From: Okamejei kenojei
Taxonomy: Eukaryota
Reading direction: 5' to 3'
Assembly: GCA_035221665.1 (NCBI GenBank)
Contig: CM069131.1
Span: 128,960,001-129,024,000 of the forward strand
Length of the DNA: 64,000 nt
A program made the translations under genes and the position numbers. Under the pieces are notes generated by a model. It saw only the letters and a list, made by a program, of their open reading frames with translations. It did not search any database and had not been told where the DNA came from. Positions 11,356-23,307 of this stretch are shown one piece after another. Each line of letters begins with the position of its first letter. Position 1 is the first letter of the stretch.

Positions 11356-12202
11356 TAAAAGCTCAGGAACTCCATAAATATATGTCCCAATTTTAGATGG
11401 ATTCCTGGACATGGGCCCATTGGTAAGCTCTGTTTGACTCTGCTTGTGCACACCAGCACTGTGGTACGCAATAGCTGAGGTTGCTCAGCACCTGCACTGG
11501 GCAACTTGCTCACAAATCCTCTGCACATCTGTTCAGTCCAATGACGCCCTCAGAACTGCAAAGAATAACTCCCTGTCTGTGATGCTGAGATTCTATAAAT
11601 CTAGCTAATATTTTAGTATTTATCTAATATTTAAATCTTATGATTTAAAAATGTTTTAGGTGCTTTTAGATGATTTACTTATATTTTACATTATTCTATT
11701 TAAACTGTTTGTTGTTTATTTCAGTTTAGGTTGTTTATAACATTTTCTGAAGCTTGACAGCTTTGTCAGATGGCAAAGCTGGACAGACAACCTCATCATC
11801 TGTCAGATTTCCATTGTTGCTCCATTCGCAGGGCTTGTGCTGACCTGTTTGTGACCTGAATACTTGACACAAGCCCCATGAACCACACAGCACCTTGCCA
11901 TCAGTGGCAGTGGGCTCTCAGCGAGGGGGGTCGGCTTTACAGATCCAAGCCAGGCCAGCACAGGTGGTGCGGAAAGTAAGCAGCAGCTTTGGGCAGTGGG
12001 CCCCTCTCAGTGAAGGCTGTCTTATTGCGTTGGCAGGAAAGGTGGTTGCAACAGCCATAAGATGAGCCCTTCATTGGGCATTTTGACAGAACATGGAAGG
12101 GGTAAGGAAGAGCTGACTTATTCAGCAACATAGTCATTTTCATCGGCTCCCATGGTGACATCTACATTAACGCTCCCTCCCCACTCTGAACAACAGGATA
12201 GT

Positions 12203-12318
12203 GGCAACACAGTGGCACAGTGGTAGAGTTATTACCTTACAGCACCAGGGACCCGGGTTTGATCATGACTACGGAGAGCCAGTTTCAACACTGTATCTCT
12301 AAAGTCTAAAGTCTAAAG
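12203..12318 (+). mobile_element. HE1/V-SINE-like SINE, internally deleted
   Basis: A-box/B-box head (gtggcacagtggtagag..gggtttgatc) joined directly to a (tctaaag)n tail. Confidence 0.7.
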
Positions 12319-13079
12319 AAAAGGTGAAGAGAGGGAGTATAAATGAAAATTGTCTCCTGTGCCATGTGCAGCAAATAACACTGTGACTGAGTTAGATGCA
12401 AGCAATTTGAGGTATGATCTCTGGCTTTTGTGATAACTCTTCCCCTTTCTACTTGGAGATTAATTTAACATTATGATCACTATTTCCATGGTATTCATCC
12501 ACATTTAGTTTGTCTGCCTAATTAATTTCCTTATGCATAACCTGGTCTAGCAAATTATTTACCCTGCTGAATTGACTAATGTACCGCTGCGATAACATTT
12601 GCATCAGCATTTTTGCAGCATTATCTATGTCATGATCAATGGTGCAGAAAATTATTAATTCCAGACTACAATCGCGAAAGGGCAGCGTATCTAGAGTCCT
12701 CCTTGAAGAGGTTGAACCGAGGATATCCCAAGATTGGTTTCTGGGTCTGGTCTTGATAATTGGGGTGAATTGCTAGGCGCCGTCAAGACACCAGGGCCAG
12801 CTGCCTATATTCCATGGAGTCAATTAACCTACTGGCATCTGTCATCAGAAACGTTCTCCAAACAGAGGGGAATAGAACAGGAGGATTAAGCACTAGCCTC
12901 ACAATAATAATTACAGCGCGAGTGAGCCTGCCCCTCCTGGACCCACATTAAGGTAAACAGAAAATCCCACTGGGAAGATTCTGCTGGAAGGTTTGAATGG
13001 TGGTAGATGTTCTTTAGTTTGGTTTAGTTCAGAGAGAGAGAGATGATGTTTTTGATGAAGTTATAGTATTTGTAGCAAG

Positions 13080-13515
13080 GTTTAGGTTTAGAGATACAGT
13101 GTGGAAACAGGTCCCTTCGGCCCACCAAGGGATATAGGGAAAAGGTAGGCACGGGACACTGATTTTAGATGATCAGCCATGATCATATTGAATGGCGGTG
13201 CTGGCTCAGAGGGCCGAATGGCCTACTCCTGCACATATTTTTCAATCTTTCTTCTATGTTTCTAAGTCTGTGCCAATCAGTGACTAGTGACAGAGTGTCA
13301 CTGCCCTATACCTACTTAGGACAACTTACAATTTTACCAAGCCAATTAACCTACAAACTTGTACATCTTTGGAGTGTGGGAGCTCCCGGAGAAAACCCAC
13401 TCAGGTCATAGGGAGAATGTACAAACTCCATACAGACAGCACCCGTTGTCAGGATCGAACCTGGGTCTCTGGCGCTGTAAAGCAACAACTCTCTCGCTGC
13501 GCCACCATGCCACCC
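13080..13515 (-). mobile_element. HE1/V-SINE-like tRNA-derived SINE with a CR1 tail inserted at ~13129-13265
   Basis: Reverse complement of ggcatggtggcgcagcg..cccaggttcgatcctgac head, conserved central domain and CR1-like tail. Confidence 0.85.
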
Positions 13516-16500
13516 TGTGGTCTATTCTCCATGAACAGGGGGTCTGATATAGACTTCCCAGTTCTCCCCATCCTTCTTGCCTCTTGAATGTTTATATGTT
13601 TCTCCTTTGTTTCAACTGACAGGTTTATTTCCTGGGCGTATCTCTTTCCTGGCTTTATTATATAATTATTTTTCTGTCCAACCATTTTGCCAGCACATTA
13701 CCACACAGCATATTCAGATGTCACCAATCCAAGTGGAACAGCTTCCATCTGTTCAGGAAATGGTGCCAAAGCCTAGCAAAGTCAGATCTCTTTTTCTTCG
13801 ATCACAACATTAGCAATGCACAGATTTCCTAATTTTCCTGTCCTTTCACATTCTCTTCCTTGGAACTAAAATTATTCCTGACATTTTTATCTATAAAACC
13901 TTGCTTGTTTAATTGTAATTTGGTTACATGTAAAGGACCTGTTTCCACACTGTATCACTCCATAAATAACATGAGAAGTGGTAGCAAGAACAGGCCATTC
14001 ATCTCTTTACTGCTTCTTGAACTTACCATTTAATAAGAACATGGCTACTCTTTCAGATCAGCTCTACTAACCCAATATCCCAAAATTAATTTAATGCCTA
14101 AATACATCTATTGGTCTCATTCTTGAATATACTTAGCATCATGCCTCTGTCGCTCTCTATACATTCTGATCAGCAGCCATAACTTCATAACTGATGGAGA
14201 ACTAGCTTGCATGTGAAGCATGGCTTTCAATGGAAATTCCTAGAGAATCTTTTTTCTAATATGCTCGCTTTCTTCATTTCCTTTATTATTTCCAGTTTCA
14301 TACCTTCCTTCACTGACATGGAATAGGTTGATGATTTGCTCTCCCTCCTCTTTCAAAATATTTTGTTGTTTATGTAATGCATCCCTTGCATTTGAGAAGC
14401 AACAAATGTAATTTGTTCTGTGTCTTGAGTGCAATAGATTAAACTGTTCCTCCATTTATTGGATCCACATCCCAGTAACATTATCAGCCATGTTGCCAAT
14501 CTCATCCTTAAATGTTAATTGTTGATACAAAAGAAAAATACAAAATGTATATCAATGGTATCTCCTTATTTATTCCATAACAAGTTGAGGCATAGATACA
14601 GAAGACACAGAACATTTTCCCAAGTGGAAACATCAAAGGCTGGCGGGCAAAGAAGGGTCTCATCTTAAAGAAGTTTAAAGGAGATGTGTGGGCATGTTTT
14701 TTACAAGAGTGGTGGGTACCTGGATTGCTCTGTCAAGTGTGGTGATGGTGGCAGATACGATAGAGGCTTTTATACTAAAAGAGTATTTTATGCTTTATGG
14801 TCTAAGCTAAAAACCCCAAATAATTTTGACAGCACATACTGCTCTCAGCTCTCGTGTTCTAATCTTTCTTTCCTTTCCATCGGCCATTCACCTGTTCGCT
14901 ATTCTTCTCTACCTCTCTTCTATATCTCTGAGAACCAAGAGTACATGGACTCCCCTTGTCCCAAATGTATTAGAGAGATCCTCTTGTGAACTGAGCAGTA
15001 GGAGTTAATGCCTTTCTCCATGGACCATTGCTCACTGCTCCCTTATCCTGCTGTTACAATGCACTGACTGTTTATCCAGAGCTGAGATTTTCAGGTTTTG
15101 CTTGCTCTGTATAATTGTATATTAGAGCAGTTTGCACCTAATGCCACTTTAAATCCGTTTTAAACGTATGAAAATAAACATTGCCTCATTGTGGGAGAAA
15201 TGGCAAGGTGAGTTTCCACGTCATGCTTACGTGTAGTGCTGATTTTTTGAAATGTTCGGCAGTGTATCTTCAACTGAATTAGTGAAAGGGTGATAGAATG
15301 AGTTGCTGAAAGGATTGAAAGGCTTACCATTAGTCATCAATGTGAATGATGTCAGTCGATTCAGCAGGCGCACTAACCTTGCTATTCCACTGGTTCTGTT
15401 TCTCCCCAGCAACAACAGATGAAGCAGTGTGATGCACAAAGTGCTGGAAACATTCTGCAGTTTGAAAGTCAAAAATCAGACCGAGAACAAGCTAAAGATT
15501 AAAACATTTTTATCTGGCAGGCAGACTAAAAAAATCATAAATTGGCCCTAATGTGTAGGTTAGTGTTAGAGTACGGGGTGACGGGGTGATCGCTGGTCAG
15601 TGTGGACTCGATGGGCAGAAGGGCCTGTTTCCATGCTGTGTCTCTAAAGTTTAATATTTTAGAGACAACTGGACAGGTACATGGATAGGATCGATTTAGA
15701 GGGCTATGGGCCAAGGCAGGCAGGACTAATGTAGATGGGGGATGTTGGATGGCGTGGGCTGCTGGTGGAATCCCTTCTGGCATTATTGTGTTCCAGAAAC
15801 ATAGCTCACTGTCGAATGTCCGCATCTGACATTGCTGCCTGTCACCGTCAGTGCTGAAACTAATGTTTTGATGAGGCCCTAATCACCAATATAGTGCCCC
15901 CTTAGTCGTTAGCTAAAGGGGGGGGGGGGGGGGGGGGGGAGAATTGTGGAACCCTCTCTCTCAATAGTCTAGCTTTGCCCGGGGCTAATTTTCAAGGCAG
16001 AGATTTTTGCAGAGCCAAGATATATGACACGATAGACCTTTATTTATCCCAGGAGGAAATTAAAGTGATGAATGGAAAGGATTGGGGATGTGCAAAGATT
16101 GGGGAAGGTGGGGGGTGAGGGGAGTCAGTCTACCCCATAACAGAAGGGGAAGGATTTGTATAGTTTCACGGGGTTCAAAATAATTGGTAACCAACTAAAG
16201 CATCAGGACAGAAAAATAGCAAACACACACAAACAGATCAATTAAGGGGAAATATTCCTTACATCAAACCATAGAAACTTACAACATGGAAGGAGGGCTA
16301 TTGTTGATTCTTTCCATGCTGGCTTTTGAAAGAGCTGCAGTACCCGTCATCTCAGTCGAGGTCTACCTCCGATGAATCCTTGAAAACTTTGTGTCTTTTG
16401 TAATGGCCAAAGCTTTCCACAAGACATAAGACAATGATATGTTGTCAAATAGACAAAGCTTTTCACTGTACATCAGTACACGTGACAATAAACTAAATTG

Positions 16501-16519
16501 TAAACAAAAATCTATATCG

Positions 16520-16795
16520 GGTCATAGAATCATACAACACGGAAACAGGCCCTTCATCCCAACTCATCCATGCTGACCAAGATGCCCATCAACTGTAAAC
16601 TAGGGTACACAAAATGCTGGAGAAACTCAGCAGGTGCAGCAGCATCTATGGAGCGAAGGAGATAGGCAACATTTCGGGCCGAAACCCTTCTTCAGACCTG
16701 TAAACTAGTCCGTTTTCAGAACTGTAAACTAGTCCCATTTGCCCACGTTTGGCCCATATCCCTCTTAAGCTTTCCTATTCATGTACCTGTCCAGG
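16520..16795 (-). mobile_element. CR1 3' tail containing a hammerhead mini-element (16604-16697, minus strand)
   Basis: TSD ctgtaaactag at 16593-16603 and 16698-16708; insert reads GGT-CTGAAGA-A-GGGTT tc GGCCC-GAAA-TG-TT-GCC on the minus strand. Confidence 0.8.
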
Positions 16796-17114
16796 GTGGT
16801 ATTTTATTGTTTTAATGAACTGACCCCATGCATCAGACGGATCATTCAATCTTTAATTTATGCGCTCTTGTGATGTAGTTCTTTATTAGTGCAGAAGCAT
16901 TAAAATTAGCCTTTTACTTCAACATTGGAGGTAATGTTGAGCATGGTAATTAAGTCACTGTACATTCACACATAGAATGGTAAGAAGTAATGTTAAATAC
17001 TTCTTTCAGAAAACAGTGGTGAATAACTATTCCAAAAGAGGCATTGTCAAAGCTATTTACAGTGGCTCTGAAAATCAGCAGGATAAGTTCATTTAAAAAG
17101 TCCCTTTCTTCTCT

Positions 17115-17545
17115 TAGTTTAGTTTAGTATAGAGATACAGCGTGGAAACAGGCGCTTTGGCTCACCGAGCCCACGCCGGCCACCAATTTCCCATTCATAT
17201 TAATTTAGTTTAGAGATACAACATGGAAACAGGCCCTTTTATGCACCAAGCTCGAAGGGCCAAATGGCCTCCTCCTGCACCTATTTTCTAAGTCCACACT
17301 GAACCGTGATCACCCTGTGCACTAGTACTATCTGTACAAACTAGGGACAATTTTTACCATAGCCAATTAACCTACAAACCTGCACGTCTTTGGAGTGTGG
17401 GAGGAAACTGGAGCACCTGGAGAAAACCCAAGGGGTCACGGGGGAATGTGCAAACTCCGTACAGACAGCACCCATAGTCAGGATTGAACCTGGTTCTCTG
17501 GCACTGAGAGGCAGCAGCTCTACCACTGCGCCATTGTGCTGCCCC
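17115..17545 (-). mobile_element. HE1/V-SINE-like SINE (composite, two tails)
   Basis: Head ggggcagcacaatggcgcagtggtagag..ccaggttcaatcc and (ctaaa)n tails. Confidence 0.85.
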
Positions 17546-17973
17546 ACAGCTTCTGTACCTCTGGCCTTCTGGGGGTTTTTTTATCATTCATATTCTGTTA
17601 CTTTTTGGAATCCCAGATAGACTTTTGCCCAATTGGTATTGGCTTCTTAGTCTCTACCACTCTCGACGTAAAATAATTTCTTCTCACTTAATCTTTTCTA
17701 ATTTTGTCTGTCACTTTACACCTGCATCCTGGTTCTGGAAACACGTCTAATGGGGACAGTTTTTAAACAACTCACCCTTTCAAAAGTTGTCAAGATCTCA
17801 GGCACATCAATCAAAAGTCCTCTCGAATTGCTCTGCTCCAAACTGAACAGCTCTAGTTTCTCATTTCTAATCTTGAAGATGAAATCACTTGTCCCATTCC
17901 CACAGAGCTTTCTTGCAACCTCTCTATCACCCTTGCACTCTTCCTACAATCAGCACTTCAGAAGTGAAATACA

Positions 17974-18033
17974 TGTGTGTGTGTGTGTGTGTGTGTGCAC
18001 GCGTGGGTGCTTGGGTGTGTGTATGGGTGTGTG
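17974..18033. repeat. (GT)n microsatellite
   Basis: Direct reading. Confidence 0.9.
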
Positions 18034-18109
18034 CCCCTAAGAGAATGGGATGGAAAATCACCATTTTCATGTCTGGAAATGAAGGGATATGGATGATATA
18101 AAGACAAAT

Positions 18110-18363
18110 NNNNNNNNNNNNNNNNNNNNNNNNNNNNNNNNNNNNNNNNNNNNNNNNNNNNNNNNNNNNNNNNNNNNNNNNNNNNNNNNNNNNNNNNNNN
18201 NNNNNNNNNNNNNNNNNNNNNNNNNNNNNNNNNNNNNNNNNNNNNNNNNNNNNNNNNNNNNNNNNNNNNNNNNNNNNNNNNNNNNNNNNNNNNNNNNNNN
18301 NNNNNNNNNNNNNNNNNNNNNNNNNNNNNNNNNNNNNNNNNNNNNNNNNNNNNNNNNNNNNNN
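18110..18363. other. Assembly gap (254 N)
   Basis: Run of N. Confidence 1.
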
Positions 18364-19398
18364 AATCTCCATTTTCATGTCTGGAAATGAAGGGATATGG
18401 ATGATATAATGACAAATTAGATTAGTTTATCTTCCACTAAAAATTATTCCCATTAGTCCCTTTATCATGTATCTGTACACTGCGGATGGCGCGACTGTAG
18501 TCATGTATTGTCTTTCAATAGACAATAGGTGCAGGAGTAGGCTTTTCACTGTACACTTGACAATATATCTAAACTCAATCTTGGCATTATGTTTTGCACA
18601 GATATTGTGGGCCGAAGGGCTGTTTGAACTTTGTTCAATGTTCTATGTAGTTGGGCATTTAATGAGAGGATATTATGCGGTAAAATGGCCAATACGTCCT
18701 GCTGGAACTAAACTTTGCTTTCTCAAGTGAGTGAGTGTTTTATTGCAGTATGAACTGGGAACAAAAAATAAAGTCCAAGATATCGAGAGAACTAGCATAA
18801 CAATTCAGGTACACTGATTCCTCACTGATATATATTTTCCTGCTTTCTTTTGTGTTTCTCTTGTTTTCTCAAGCTTGGAGTTCAGTTTTACCTGACATCG
18901 GTATCGGGTTCATCTCGCTAAATTTTTGCAAGCCTGAAGGGTTGCTGTTGAAAAATAATACATTGTGAATTCCTTGTCAAGAATAAACAGCAAAGATTTG
19001 GTGGGAACAGGAAGCAGTGGGTTGAAGTAATAGTGTTTGACTGCAATCAGAAAAAGCCTTTTCCTGATAGGAAACAGCTTGAAGATTAGCACATGTCAGC
19101 AAGCCCAGGGCCGACACAAGCTGATGCTGCATCCAACTCCTGCTGAAAGCCAGAGCTTTAATAGCACCAGGATTGTGGCCAACTGTTCCTCATTTGTGAG
19201 AGTTATCTCGAGTTTTCTATTTTTCTATTAAACATAGACGTTTGTAAGCAATGATGATTTATTATTTAGCAACGGATTTTACTGAACCTCCATATTCTCA
19301 AAAAAAAAACCAAGGTGCTGGAGGACATTTAATGTCTGAAGAAGGGTCCTGACCCGAAATGTCACCTATCCATGTCCTCCACAGATGCTGCGTGACTT

Positions 19399-20302
19399 CA
19401 GTTCCCTCCCCTACCATAGATGAGGCTCTCACCAGGGTCTCTTCGATACCCCGCAACACTGCTCTCTCTCCCCATCCCCCCACTCGTAACATGGGCAGAG
19501 TCCCCCTCGTCCTCACATTCTACCTCACTAGTATACGACAAATAGTCCTCCGCCAGTTTCGCCACCTCCAACGTGACCCCACCACTCGCCACATTTTCCC
19601 ATCTCCCACCCTGTCTGCTTTCGGCAAAGACCGCTCCCTCCATAACTCTTTAGTCAGTTCTTCCCTTCCCTCCCGCACCACCCCCTCCCCGGGCACTTTC
19701 CCTTGCAACCGCAAGAGGTGCTACACCTGTCGCTTTACCTCCCCCCTCGACTCCATTCAAGGACCCAAGCAGTCGTTCCAGGTGTGACAGAGGTTCACCT
19801 GCATCTCCTCAAACCTCATCTATTGCATCAGCTGCTCTAGATGTCAGCTGATCTACATCGGTGAGACCAAGCGTAGACTTGGCGATCGTTTCGCCGAACA
19901 CCTCCGCTCGGTCCGCATTAACCAACCTGATCTCCCGGTGGCTCAGCACATCAACTCCCCATCCCATTCCAAATCCGACCACTCTGTCCTAGGCCTCCTC
20001 TATGGCCAGAGTGAGGCTCACCAGAAATTGGAGGAACAGCACCTCATCTTCCGCTTGGGCAGTCTGCACCCTAGTGGCATAAACATTGAATTCACCACTT
20101 TCCGGTAGTCCTTGCTGTCTCCTCCCCTTCTCAGCTCTCCCTCAGCCCTCGGGCTCCTCTTCCTTTCTTCGCCCCCCCCCCCCCCCCCCCTCCCCCGCCC
20201 TACATCAGTTTGAACAAGGGTTTCGGCCTGAAACATTGCCTAATTCCTTCGCTTCTTAGATGCTGCTGCACCCACTGAGGTTCTCCAGCACTTTTGTCTA
20301 CC
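19399..20302 (+). mobile_element. 5'-truncated Penelope-like element (linker, GIY-YIG endonuclease, 3' UTR with decayed hammerhead)
   Basis: RVPLVLTF..GTFPCNRKRCYTC..SFQV, then LIYCISCSRCQLIYIGETKRRLGDRFAEHL..VAQHIN..LEEQHLIFRLGSLHPSGIN; 13-bp TSD tgctgcgtgactt at 19386-19398 and 20303-20315. Confidence 0.92.
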
Positions 20303-20393
20303 TGCTGCGTGACTTGCTGGGTTACTCCAGCACTTTATGCATTTTTTTTTTGTAAACCAGCATCTGCATTTCCTTGCATGTCCATATTCTCCA

Positions 20394-20920
20394 GTTTAGT
20401 TTAGACATACAGGCCCTTCGGCCCACCAAGTCTGAGCTGACCAGCGATCCCTGCACATAAACACTACCCTGCACACACTAGGTACAATTTTACATTTGTA
20501 CATTGATACCTAGCCAATTAACCTAGAAACTTGTGGAACTCTCTGCCACAGAAGCCAGTGGAGGCCATTTCACTGGTCGTTTTCAAGAGAGAGTTAGATT
20601 CAGCTCTTAGTGATAAGGGAATCAAGGGATATGGGGAAAAAGCCGGAATGTGGTATTGATTTTGGATGATCAGCTGTGATCATATTGAATGGCGGTGCTG
20701 GGTCGAAAAGCCGAATGGCATACCTCTGCAACTATTTTGTATGTTTCTGTGTATCTATGTATGTCTTTGGAGTGTGGGAAGAAATCGAAGATCTCAGAGA
20801 AAACCCACGCAGGTCACGGGGAGAATGTACAAACTCCATACAGACAGCACCTATGGTCAGAATTGGACCCGGGCCTCTGGCACTGTAAGGCAGCAGCTAT
20901 TCCTCTACGCCACCGTGCCA
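20394..20920 (-). mobile_element. HE1/V-SINE-like SINE with a CR1 3' fragment inserted at ~20533-20760
   Basis: Head ggcacggtggcgtagag on the minus strand; plus-strand CR1 tail ending (tctatg)n. Confidence 0.82.
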
Positions 20921-21879
20921 TCATTGCTAATGTTGCTTATGGGGCAAGTGCTCCATAGATCATGTAGAAAACAAAACAATTACATATTAACATTTTCTTA
21001 AATCAACTCATGAGTGGAAAGAAATGCATATTTTGTTTGTTGGTGGTTGCAGGTATGACATACACTTTCAAATAATACTTTTGAAGCTAAAGTTAGTTAC
21101 CATTGTTGCAGACCCAAAATGTTAATTGTACGGATTGTCTTTCTACAGATGGTGCCTGACTTGCTGAGATTTTCCAGTATTTTGGCATTTCAAATTTCCA
21201 GCATCTGCAGGGTTTTTTGGATTTTCACCCATATTGTGCAGGATTGTTTTATTTCCACCAATATTTTCATACCTCATCAATGTTGATGGTTTATAGTCAC
21301 ACGACAATGAACCGGGTCTTACCATCCACCATGTCCAAGCTAACTATCAAGTAGCTGTGCATTTTAATCCCATTTGCAAACATGGTCCATTGCTTTTAAT
21401 GCTTTGATGATTCAAGTCCTCAAGCAATTCAAGCAAAATGATTAGAAAACCCGCAGCCCTTTGTAGTTTAGCTAAAATGCCATCTCTCAGCTGTAACTGT
21501 GGGGTGCAGGTCCACATGGTCTACTTATTTATTACATATTTCAGTGGAGCATGAGATTTAAATTTCTAATGTGCATACACAGTGAATAAGTTTCCTTCCA
21601 GAAACCAGAGATCAAACTCTTCTGCTCCCATAAGTGTTGGCATCTCTTCTACTTTCCACAGGTTGCCTTCATTTTTCATCAGGACATAACACTAACTTCT
21701 GACCTTATCCCAGTCATGTTGAAGGTCATTCAAGTGCTCCCACTTCCCTGACCGAGGTCAAAAATTAGCCTTCATATCACCATTCTGTTTTTCTTGGAAG
21801 ATGATGCATAATTTGCACAATGAGTGAACTTAACCTTCCTTCCTTCTATTCCCCAATCTAAAATATAATATTTTTCTAA

Positions 21880-22160
21880 AAAGACACAAAGCACTGGAGT
21901 AACTCAGCAGGTCAGGCAGCATCAAGTAATGGTCCCGCCCCAAATCCATGTTCTCCAGGGACGTGTAGGAAGGAGCTGCAGTTGCAGTTGCCACTGCAGG
22001 TGCTGGTTTACACCGAAGAGAGACTCAAATAGCTCAGTAGGTCAGACAGCATCACTGGAGAACAGGAATAGGTGACGTTTCGGGTCGAGACCTTTCTTCG
22101 GACTTAAGATGCCAGGGATGCTGCCTGACCTGTTGAGTTAGTACAGCATGTGCATTTCCT
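21880..22160. mobile_element. Nested Penelope-tail mini-elements
   Basis: Inverted ctggagtaactcagc..gcagcatc arms; inner minus-strand copy with a hammerhead-like motif, flanked by ccaggga repeats. Confidence 0.65.
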
Positions 22161-22759
22161 TGTTTCTATATAATATTTAAATCTGACTGAGTATTGGCTT
22201 TACATTTTGAGCCAAATTCCGTCAGGCAGTAAAAACATCGAGAGGGGTTGAAATGTTCAGCCCGTTAGTAGACTGCATATGATTTTGATATCAAACCAAG
22301 CAAAACCAATTCATTTCCTTTCCATTAATAATATTAAAAATGAGTCTTTCAATGGTCCTGTCAATGCAAATAGTTCAGACTACATATAATTGTTTGTCGT
22401 GAGCATATTAGAAAAAAGCTTCTCTAGGAATTTCGATTGAGAGCTATGCTTCACCATGCAAGCTAATTCTCCATCACTTAAGAAGTTACGGCTACTGATC
22501 AGAACTTATAGAGCGCGACAGAGGCATGATGCTGAGTATATTAAAGAAAGAGACCAATAGATATTTAAGCATTATGTGAATTTTGGGATAGTGGGTTAGT
22601 GCAGCTGAGCTGAAAGATCAGCCATGATCTTATTAAATGGTGATTTAAAGAGGCAGTAAAGAGATAAATGGCCTACTCTTGCTACCACTCATGTTATTTA
22701 TAGTGATGCAGCATAGGTTCTAAGCATGTACAGTTACAAGGCATTGAAAGTGGCATGTA

Positions 22760-23140
22760 TATTATAATAATAATAATAATAATGACATTTAAGTGACCAG
22801 TTATTGCACAGCACATATATAATATTGCACAAACATGAAATAAAATGATGGAGTGGAAAAGTCCAGGATGAGGGATGTGCAAAGACACTGGGGGGGGGGG
22901 GGGGTGGGTTAGGACAGTGCGGGGGGACTCCACGGCAGAAGTGGAAGGAGTTGACGCAGGGGAAAAAGATCTCCTGTGGCATTCTTTGCTGCACGTCGGT
23001 GGGACCAGTCTGTTGAAGAAGGTGCTCTCTCAGGTTGACCAATACGTCAGCGAGGGAGTGAGTTGCATTGTCCAAGATGCTCCGTAGTTTGAGGAGCATC
23101 CTCCTTTCTGAGACCACCTCCAATGAATCCAACCCCACCG
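22760..23140 (-). mobile_element. Rex-Babar-group LINE 3' end with (ATT)n tail
   Basis: LDSLEVVSERRMLLKLRSILDN; same family as 51303-51755. Confidence 0.75.
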
Positions 23141-23159
23141 TGGTGTTAGTGGTGGAGTC

Positions 23160-23307
23160 TTGCATTGGGGAATGGGTTGCATCGGGGGACCAGGCCTCCT
23201 GTGGGGGCTATGGGTGAGTGGTCGAATATTGCATTGGGGGAGTGGGTTGCATTGGGGGACCTAGCCTCCAGCGTGACAGGGACCCAACGGGTCCCACTTG
23301 GTCTAAT
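23160..23307 (+). mobile_element. Probable Helitron 3' terminus
   Basis: Perfect hairpin GGGACCC-aac-GGGTCCC (23279-23295), followed 7 nt later by CTAA then T (CTRR|T); preceded by short G-rich repeats. Confidence 0.5.

Noticed and set aside
17927-18415. ORFs of 100-160 aa
   Set aside because: Artefacts of the N run and the GT microsatellite
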